DNA of 44,136 nucleotides from Elsinoe ampelina (Eukaryota): NCBI GenBank assembly GCA_010093995.1, contig ML992507.1, positions 405,197 to 449,332 of the forward strand, read 5' to 3'. Shown piece by piece: positions 34,538 to 44,136 of this stretch (position 1 is its first letter; each line of letters starts with the position of its first letter). The notes under the pieces were generated by a model. It saw only the letters and a program-made list of their open reading frames with translations, ran no database searches and was not told where the DNA came from. The position numbers and the translations under genes were made by a program.

Positions 34538-36305
34538 ATGTTCTCTGTACGGCAGTATAACTACGAGGGCAAGCAGGGCTCCCGCATCGAGGGCGGCGAG
34601 TATGGCTACCAAGATGCCAAAGGAGCCACTGATCACGACTTGCGCGACATGGACCGCATTGGTAAAAAGCAAGAGTTGAGAGTAAGACGAATCCTCAACT
34701 CGTCCTGCATACTCGGACGCTGATCACTGCACAGCGACGCTTCAAGGCCACGCACATTGTTGGCTTCGGGTCCCTGCTCGGTGCAGCATGGCCATACATG
34801 CTTATGTACGAACCTCCTCGAATGTGGTCTTGACAGACCAAACGCTGATGTACCATAGCACTGGCGTCTTCTCGCTTTCCAATGGAGGCCCTGCTGGCTC
34901 AGTCATTGCCTTCCTGGTCACCGCCTTCATCCTCATCATGTCCAACTTCTCCCTCGCCGAAGCCGCATCGATAGCCCCGACGTCTGGTGGCCAGTACCAC
35001 TGGGTCTCCGAGTTTGCTCCGCCTTCCATGCAACGATACCTGTCCTACGTCGTTGGATGGCTCTGCACTCTGGGATGGCAGGTTGGTCTTGCCTCGGTTT
35101 GCTATGCCTCTGCGCTCCAGATCCAGGCTCTGATTGCTGTTCATGACGAGACATACGCTCTACCTGGCTGGCAGGCAGCCTTGATCGCCATCGCCTTCAA
35201 TGCTGGAGCCATCTTCTTCAACACCGTCCTCGTCAAGCACTTGCCCATCTTCGAGGCCAGCATGCTTGTAGTCTTTGCTCTCGGCTTCGTCGCATATGTC
35301 GTCGTCTTCTGGGCCCTCTCTCCTCTCAATTCAGCCTCCTATGTCTTCACTTCGATCCAGGACAACAATGGCTGGGGCAATGCCGGACTGGCTGTCTTGA
35401 TTGGTATTCTGTCTCCCATCTCCTCGTTGACATCCGCCGATTCATCTTGCCATTTGGCCGAAGAACTCAAGGATGCTTCTCGTGTCCTCCCACGAGCAAT
35501 GATCGCTACTCAGGCAGTCAACTTTGGTGCAGCCTTTATCATGTTGATCTCTCTTCTGTTTGCTCTCTACGACATTGACGATGCGCTCGCCTCGCCTACC
35601 GGAGTACCTTACATTGCTGTACTTCTCAACTCCACTGGTTCCAAGGCGGCCACCACCGGCCTGGTCTTCATCATCATCTTGATGCTGTTCTGCTGTGCTG
35701 TCAACTTGGTCACCACTTCATCTCGACAGGCCTTTGCCTTTGCTCGCGACAACGGACTGCCTTTCTCAAAGTATCTCGCACATGTAATTTTCTTCACTCT
35801 GACGAAAATATCGCACATCATACTAATCTCGTCTCAGGTCCAACCAGGCATGGACATTCCCTTGAATGCTGTCCTGCTTACCTTTGGCTTTACCCTCGCC
35901 ATCTCCCTCATCCTCTTCGGATCCGCGGTCGCCTTCAACATCATTTGCTCTCTCGGTGCAGCAGCCATCTTGACCTCCTACGTGGTCGTCCACGCCTGCA
36001 TGCTCTACAGGGACTTTACCTCCCCACTACCGCCAGCCCGCTTCTCCCTCGGCAAGTGGAGATACATCGTCCGCCCCATCGCCTTGGCCGGTGTTCTGCT
36101 CGTGGACGTCATGGTGTTTTTCCCATCTGCACCAAACCCGACTCCAGAGACTATGAACTGGGTTTCTCTCATCTTCGGATTCGTCGTCATTGTATCGACC
36201 ATCTTCTACCACTTGAGGGGCAAGAAGGTCTACAATGGTCCCGTCAGGGATGTCAAGAGCGAGATTGTTATGGATGATATGAGCCCAAGGCGGACCAGCT
36301 ATTAA
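34538..36305 (+). CDS. APC-superfamily amino acid/GABA/choline-type permease; exons 34538-34681, 34735-34805, 34859-35783, 35838-36305
   Basis: DMDRIGKKQELRRRF, LSNGGPAG, SLAEAASIAPTSGGQYHWVSEFAP, HLAEELKDASRVLP, SRQAFAFARDNGLPFS, TMNWVS, YNGP. Confidence 0.92.
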
Positions 36306-37095
36306 GTACATTCCGTGTGTGTAGCATATGATGTTGAAGATATATACAGCTCTTTTTGGAATACATTGAAGTAGATCTCCCTTACCTCAGCCTCTGCGTG
36401 GGCCAAGCACCGCTAGTCACGTTTGAACTATTCCCTGTGCACGCCACCGGGACATTGAGCGCTGGGCAGAATATCCCTCGACCCGATAAACATGTTCATG
36501 CCGACGACCCGAGGAGCACAACGCCAACCAGTATAGGCAAATGGTACTGGCCGCCTCCCAGCGGTCGTCCTCGAACACCCCTTTCTCCCATCATCCAGAA
36601 CCACTCTGCATCCAGCTCCAAAGCACTCCAGTGTGGTAGCACAAACCCCTCTCTCCCTCTCCCTTGGTTCCAACCACATTCCTCGACGCCCTACCCTTGC
36701 CCATGGGACCAATCATCTCCCCTCTTCCAATCCGCCCCTCCCGATTGTGTTCGCCGCGCTCACTTAAAAAACCAACCACTCACTCCCATCCCCTACCAAC
36801 CCACTCGTCTCGTCCGGGACCAACCGATCCCCTCCAACCCTCCCCAGGCTTGGTGAAGGCGGCGGTAAAAGGGGGGGGAGCGACCCAGCTCCCCGGTCTT
36901 TGTGCGCAAAGGATACATGCACCTCCAGCCAGCCAACCAGCCAGCCAACCCCCCCCTCCCTCACCAGCCATACCAACCGCGCGACGGAGCGGTGAGTTTC
37001 ACACCCTTCCTGCGCCCGGCCACGGACTGCACCAGCAGGCCCAGAGCCCAAGGGAGTGATTACGCCGCGTGGGCTCAACGCAAGGAGTCGCGACT

Positions 37096-37128
37096 GGGAG
37101 TGTCCGAGCTGGGAGTGTCCGAGCTGGG
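37096..37128 (+). repeat. 15-bp tandem duplication (GGGAGTGTCCGAGCT) x2
   Basis: Read directly. Confidence 0.8.
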
Positions 37129-38225
37129 GAGGCAGTCTAGACTGGTTGTCGAGTGCTTCACCGCTGTAGACCGTCAGATGGTGAACTTCCGGATGGGGGA
37201 CCGTGATGGCTTGGTCTTGTCTCCGAGGGAAGCACGAGGGATGAACAAAGGAGGATGGAAATGTTGGTCGCACGACAAGATCAAATACTGCGTGCGCGAA
37301 TCTCGATGATAGCAATGAGCACGATATCAAATAAACAAAGGACAGTCAATGTTGTGCATCAAGGAATAATTCCATTTCGACTCAAAGAGACAAGAAGAAG
37401 GAGATCTAAACCCCTCCTCTTACTGCCCCAGGTGACCCGACCTGTGCCACATGCAAATGCTCGCTCCTACAGGACAGTCCCGTGATCCCCGCTCCCCCAT
37501 CTCGATGAGCTGAATCGAAAAAAGTAGCAAACAGATGCATGCCTTGTACGGTGACGTGATGGTGAACGAAACAAGAAAGAATCGCGAGTCGAAAAAAGAT
37601 TTCCCTGGGTATCGAGTGGTGTCAAGTGCCCCCTAGATTCCCCTTGTCCCCCTCAACTCCCCGGTTGCCTGGCCTTTAATTCCAGACATCAATGCTGGTA
37701 TCCGCCGTTTGCCATCCGGTGAAATGAATCAAGCAATCCGTAATGTTTGATACGCGAATTCGTGTGCTGTGAATACCCCATGGGCATGATGCGGAAGTGG
37801 ATGATGGTCGATCCTCGTACTTGTCTGTCTAGAAACAAAAGTCCAGGGGGTATCAAGCGATTGTGATGTGCCAAAATTCGAAAAAAAGCGCGAGCAGAAA
37901 CCAGAAAATGGCATAGAAGAAAGGAGACAAAGTGCGAGTTAACAAATGAGCTAGTCGAGTATAGTTCGTGTGCTGAGAAGGACGTGCGTGTCATGGTCAT
38001 ATGCATGCTTGTCCTGTGGTCGTGGCTGCGGTCGTGAGAAGAATGATGATGACAAAAAATGTAGTGTTGGGTATCTCCACACGCCCATATCCGAAGAGAA
38101 GAAAAATTGTTCCATCTTTGTTTTCTTGTCGTTGCCGACGTAATCTTTGAGCGGCCGTAAAAGTGTCACGATGGTGGTCGATATCTTAATTCAAGGACGG
38201 ATCGGCCTGCGAGGGGATTCCATGT

Positions 38226-40424
38226 CTACTGAAATGATCGCTGCCAGTCCTGTCCAGTCATGCCACCTTGGTTTTGGTTCCAGTTCTGCATGCCTGCATG
38301 CATACCTGGTTGCTGTTGCTGTTGAGTTTGCTGACCGTGGAATTGAGGCTGCTGAGCCGGGTTTTGATACATGTTACGGTTCATCTGACCGTAGGCAGCC
38401 GGATTGCCCATCTGAGGATAGCCCATGTTACCGGCCTGACGAGGAAGCTGCGAGGGAGGATGCATTGGTGAATGCTGCGCTTGCGGGTTGTGATGCTGAC
38501 CAAAGTTCTGCATATGATGAGGAGATGGCTGTGGCTGCGGTGGGGGCCACATTCCTCCCGCAGAGTAATTGTACGTAGGTGTCTGCTGTCTGCCTGACAT
38601 CGGAGTCATGCCCAGACCTGGTGAGCCCTGTTGCATGGCAGACGGAGGTAGCGACTGCTGCATGGATCGGATAGGCGATTGTGCCATCATATTCGACTGC
38701 TGGGCTTGATGAGGGTAACCTTGTTGTCCCATCATGTGAGTCTGCTGATGACCCATGGTCTGGTGAGGGGCGCTGACAGAACCCAAAGTTTGCTGGGGTG
38801 ATTGGATCTGCTGGCGGGGAAGCTGAGTTGCAAGGTCACCACCGGTACTTTGTGCCGGAGATGGCGGAGCTTCATGGGGCCGCTTCCAGTAATCATTGAG
38901 GTAGTCCGTCCGGATGGTGCGCTGAGGTGTCAGCTGCTTGTTGAACTCTGCAGCCGATGCCGCTTGGGTTGCGATTTCGGAAGTGTTACTCTCGCGTGTA
39001 ATGTCCTCGTAGGCAGAGCCGGTAATCTCTTGTCGGGGCCTAGGGATGTGTGCATAGGTCTGATGCATCTGATCCGGCGAAAGCGGGTTGATCATCGGTA
39101 GAGTGTCAAAAGTGACCGGGTGAATGCCGGGAGGTACCTGCGGATGGTTTTCCGGCGCAAACGCATTGCTGTAGACGACCTGACCATGTGGAAGTGCAGC
39201 TAGAGAATTGGCTTGCGCCTCGGCGGCTGCTGCTTCACGTTGTTTGGCCGCACCCGGGCGCTTCTCTCCAGCAGCATCCTCCTCTGTAAAACCTTGCTTC
39301 CTCGCCTTCGTCTCCCAATAATCATCTCTGACGCGACGGCCGTTTGTGATGACGCGACTTCCGAACTGACGGAACATGGACCTTGCCGTGACTATGGCAA
39401 TCTGTCGGGATCGGTACGAGTATGGGAGAACCTCTTGAGCTATCAGATTGTCCTTCTCTTCCTGGTTGGCGATAATTTTGTAGAGTGACCTGTTCTTGTT
39501 GAAGAGCAGGTACGAGTCGCGATAGCCTAGAACGCGCGCGCATTCGGTCGCGAGCATGAAGAGCTTTTGGCCTCGATTCGGTACGGTGAATGTTCGCAGC
39601 CTATACTCTCGATCGGTGAGGTATCCGTTCGCATCCACCTTCTGCTCGCCAGCGTCATCACGCTCTCTTGGAATGTATTCATCGGCTTCTGGGTTGAGTT
39701 GATCTGTTGTGTGATCGCGCACAGTCGGCAAAGCCTTGAGTACAGGAGCTTTTCCTCCCGTGGTAGGTGTGGTACGCTGTGGTGAAGCTTGAGTGGGTGA
39801 TATCTGCGACGGGAATTGTGTCTTGATCTGCGGAGTCTGTACCGGATTGGGGGTCGCCGGAGTGAGAGGTTGCATCGCCATGGTAGGACTGTCTACACCT
39901 TTTGTCTTTGGGGGTCTGCCTCTCTTTCGCGGTTTACTATCGTCTGAACGACGTCAGCATAAAAGGCACAGACAGGGATGTGATGCAAAGTAGCGACGCT
40001 AGGGTCGCCTCGAACGACAGTGTTTAGAACGTACCTTCATCGCCTTCCTCGCCGGGCAACAAGCTATTGTAGATATCTGGCGATCTGCTTCTTTTTCTGC
40101 CTCGGGGGCTGGGTTGTGCAAGGTAGTTTTGCGGTACGTTGGAGGCTACTAGGACCGAGTCCACGGGTCAGCATAACTCTCTGCGAGGGACGACGCGAAT
40201 TGGCGGTGGGAGACGAGACAAAGAGGTCATGATGGACGGGATGAAAGCAAGGAGGATAGAGGGTGGTGGTGCGGAAGAGAGGTTGGAGAGAGGGGAGTCG
40301 GATGGTCAGTGCAGTGGTCTGCGCAGAAACGCAGCGACGGGAATAGCCAACGCAAAGCAGAATTCGACAAAAACGCACCTGTAGAGTTGAGTGCCGCCGG
40401 GTTTATGGTGCCTGAGCCGTCCAT
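38226..40424 (-). CDS. RSC7: RSC/SWI-SNF subunit Rsc7/Swp82 (Npl6-like); exons 40424-40379, 40148-40035, 39943-38226
   Basis: MDGSGTINPAALNS, AT-hook-like RKRGRPPK, core LPTVRDHTTDQL...FMLATECARVLGYRDSYLLFNKNRSL...YSYRSRQIAIVTARSMFRQFG...RVRDDYWE, and a Q/P/M/G-rich tail. Confidence 0.88.
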
Positions 40425-43400
40425 GGCAAAGGTAAAGGATGTATGATACTGCGCGGGGTTGAAATGCGATACAGACAGCATCACATCGGGCAAAGTGAAG
40501 CTTGGTGTCGCATGTCCAGAATTTGGGGATCAAAGAGTCGAGGACGCGGGAGGACGTGCAACGCTCCCTGCGCTGCTCTGAGCGGTCGGGTTGGGCGCCG
40601 AGAGGCAGGTAAGGTGCTTTCTGTCGTGCAAGAGTGCTGATGAGCGTTTCCCGAGGCCAGGAAAGACGCGAAGGAATGACGTTGCGCAGGCAGACGGCCA
40701 GGTAGGCAGACGGGGCGAGGCGCGCAATGCTGGGTGAGACAGATCACAGCGGCGTGCAGCTGCGATACTCGTGGATGCGAAAAGCAAATAATTGGAATAC
40801 TGGGCGGCGGACCCAGGAGCTGCAAAGGGTGCAGAAGGCGACGCAGTAGACTCCTCCGGACCAGGCAAAAGACCTGGAAAACCAAGCTCTGTCCCTGTCG
40901 ATTGTGACTGTGCGACCGACTGGTGGAATGCGCAATGTTTTGCTCTGGCGAGGATGATTGAAGAAACGTCTTGTTCAAAAGACTGATTCAAGGCCCGACA
41001 GGATTGGTAAAGCTGCGGATCCCGGGCATATGTGGCGCACCCGACGATGTCTTGTTTGTCGAGGTCGTTTCTTGTGCTCGTGGAAGATTTGTGGAGACTC
41101 TTGCTGCAGACGAAAAAAAAGGCTCCGTCGAGTTCCGTTGATTCAGCAGCAGTCCAGCAAATAATGTGACGAATGGGAGATCAGGTCTGGCGAAAATGCA
41201 GCAGAAAACCGCGCGCAGCAATCAATCCGATTGGCGTGGATCGCTGACGACTAGCACAAAGACGATCGGCCGTAACCCAACACAAGAAGGCACAGGCGGG
41301 CGGGCAAGACGCAGAGATCCCTGCTAGTCGACGATTTGGCCAGATATCAATGATGCGATCCCAGATCCCCTTTGCGCTCCTCCGCAAGAGCACAAGGACA
41401 AAACATGGCGCGGACGGCGAATCGTAGACGCAGCCCGTCGCAGATCACGACTCCTGCTCGCCACGGATGACAGGGTGATTCAGCTACGTATACCGCTCAC
41501 GGACCAAGCATAGAGCTACGGGCGCACGCTAGTTGCAAGCCCTGGGTGAACTTCTCTCATCACAGTCAAGCCCGGGCTAAACAGCCTACTACAGCTCGGC
41601 TCGCGGCACGCCCGTAATTCTTCCAGGCCGATGGTCAGACCGTCAGATCCTCAGGTCGACATCAACTCAACTCTAACAAGCATTTTGTCTTTGGGTCGCG
41701 CCGTCGAATCGCAGGTGCAGCATAGCGAGGAGGCGCATCAGGGTCAGCTCTTGGTATGCCGATCATTCGCATGCAAGCTCTCTCGCCGCCTCTTGTCAAC
41801 CACTGCTCTTTGCGTCCACGGGAAAAGCCGATGCAGACGTGCGCTGCAGTGGACCGACGACGACTGTGTCTCTTGCCTTTTTGCCCCCTCCTGAGACTCC
41901 GAGGTACTTGCAAGTACCTTTCTCCCTCTGTATGTCTGCATGGCTGGTCCTGCCCTGTTCTGGCACAGCAAGCGACGAGGGCAGCCAGTTTGAGTTACGT
42001 GCAGGCCTAGATTTGGAAGCAAGCTCCTATTCTGGTCGCGAGCCATGCCAGATACGAAGCATGACCGGCCGAGTGGCTTGCTTTAGCTCCCTGGGTTTCC
42101 CTCCCGCGTCTTTGTCCTTGGAACGACGTGCTGCGGATGACCTGCATCCCCTCTCTGTAGACTGCTCGATCGATGGGCAGAGCGACTAGAGCACTGCAGG
42201 AAAACGGCACGGGGTCGCGCATTATTACGCGTTGCGTGATCAAACGCTCATCCTTTTGCAAAACGACAACATGACCGCGACGAGACAACAATCTTCCGGA
42301 TTGCTGCATGTTCTCGCTTGTCAGTTGGTCAAACTAGAAGTATCCGGGAATGTCGCAAGTAGACACCGGCCAATTATCCGAGGCCGATTGGATGCTTGGT
42401 ACTGGGCAGCCTCGGCGCTGGGAATTCAAAATAGCAGCGGGATAGAACCTTGAAGCTTGTGACCGGACCCATCAAAGGCCGACAGGGATGTCATGGCGGG
42501 GTTCCGTCGCATCTTGTGAGAAATTGCGACGGTCCTACCAGATGACTGAACGTCTTTCTCACCACTACCGAGCCGCAGTGTGGAGAATGTTATACCCACA
42601 AGCCAGATACCGCTTGTTATTCCAGTTCATCAATACCCTAGGCGGACGAGGAAGAGATCAAGGCCAAACGATCGCCCCGTAAACGTCTCCTTCAAGAATG
42701 TCAGTCCTGCACGTCGGCTGAATGTCCAGTCACATGGAGAAAGAAAAGCCACATTTTACCATTGGATCCATCTTACTTTCTACTGTCCATGCAAGGACCA
42801 CATCATCCTAGTCGTCACGAGTACTGCCTGAATCCTGTTTCCTCCTCCACAGGTCCATTAGTCCAGGGGTCGTCGACCTTTATCCTCCCGTTGACGAGCC
42901 GGACCTTGAGCCAGTGGCACGAGGAACTTGGACGAAGAAGACGCCGTTGAAGCGCCCGCCTCTCTTGGTATTCGTCCCGGCATTCGATCGACCCTCGATA
43001 GCAAAGCACGGTCCCCGAGCAATATACAATGCAAGATTAAGTTGCGGTACAGTCCGATGTGGCTTGTCGCAAACAACGAGGCGAGCGAGTGAGCTGATCA
43101 TATCCTCCAATTGCTCCTCGGCCCAGACATGATTATCGCGGGTTGATCTGAAATGCCCACGTACCTTTTGCTTTTTGGCGTACATTCTCGTTCCGAACCC
43201 TCAAAAAGGCCAATGCAAAGGCATCGCCATGACACTGAAACGATCCAGCCAGGCAAGTCGAAACATATCATCCTTCCTGCTCGAGGAATGATAGTCGGCC
43301 AGGATTCGATGGATCGTGCCCGACATCTCCCTCACTTCCGAACACTCACCCTCAGCCTGCTCCTAGCAATCCTCCCGGGCAGATAATCCACAGGACCTCG

Positions 43401-43749
43401 ACTGATTATCAAGCGATCACCCTACTGCGCCGCAATTTATCCATCTCGTTGATGATCTGCCCCCGCAGACTCATTTCTCTGGTTCAGGGTGTCTACGCTA
43501 ACTATCCACCAGTTGCACCGAGAAGCCCACCACCATTCCGCTCATCTCACTTCCAAGTTCCCGAACCCGTCTTCCCACTCGACCCCGGCCATCGATTCTT
43601 TCCCGCCGTTCCATCCGCAGATCTCTGATCCTTGGGATTAATGTGGCAAAATTCCCTGCTCATGCACGTGGAACTGCAAAGCTTTTGCTCGACGATGATT
43701 TCCTTGTCTGTACCAAGTACGATTTAATGTAGCTATAACAGGATTGAAA

Positions 43750-44136
43750 ATTTCTCGGTTTGCGTAATTCGAGATGCTATCTTTAGAGTAGGCCTTGTAT
43801 TTAGGGGGGGCATTAGTTATAGCCTGTCTACGTCGCTAAGTTCTAGATCTTTAGCTAATTCCTCTATCTATGTGTTAAGCTTAGCCTATAAATACATGTC
43901 CCCTATGTAATAAGCCTTCTTAAATAAATATATATATAAGTGTAGTATCTCTTCTTACTAGCGTTTTATTATTATTAACTCTAGTAGCATATAGAATACT
44001 ATACTACTAGGCCTAGAAACCCTACCTACTATATAGAATAAGCTATACTACTACTAGGTTCTAGTAGTTTTAGTAATATACGTCACAAAAACACTTTTCG
44101 TAGGGAGTTAGGGAATTAGGTTTATTGCTTAGGATT
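43750..44136. mobile_element. Start of a second RIP-mutated AT-rich repeat block; possible LTR at 43906-44087
   Basis: Abrupt rise in AT and TpA (ctag, tata, ctact). The segment TGTAATA...CGTCACA has TG...CA ends and an internal TATATAAG. Confidence 0.6.

Noticed and set aside
7834..40424. Idea that the core genes form a functional or metabolic cluster
   Set aside because: Unrelated housekeeping functions, with no backbone enzyme, cluster regulator or tyrosine-recombinase captain.
44100..44135. TTAGGG/TTAGG-like motifs suggesting telomere repeats
   Set aside because: Not tandem, and RIP readily produces TTAGG.

Overview
Filamentous ascomycete (Pezizomycotina, probably Dothideomycete-type) genomic DNA. 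A GC-balanced, gene-dense block (about 3.0-43.7 kb) lies between two AT-rich, TpA-saturated blocks typical of RIP-mutated repeats. The left block is a RIP-killed Ty1/copia pol (RT-RNase H) with a polypurine tract and a short 3' LTR; an N gap interrupts it. The core holds 14 supportable spliced or intronless genes: a divergent kinase, a small Cys-rich protein, a GPI-type Cu-only SOD, RLI1, CHD1, an Mpv17/PMP22 protein, PGK1, SEM1, IML2, PRP40, TRAPPC11, a PTH11-like membrane protein, an APC amino-acid permease and RSC7/SWP82. The most unusual signals are: recurrent ~1 kb islands that flip abruptly from C-rich to G-rich inside genes; a kinase plus Cys-rich microprotein pair beside the LTR; an orphan tRNA-Ser(GCT) fragment upstream of PGK1; ~1.65 kb of possible antisense cargo in the copia relic; and long first introns after micro-exons in both chromatin-remodeller genes. 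Exon boundaries were read by eye from splice motifs and frame continuity. Family names come from motif recognition, not database searches.
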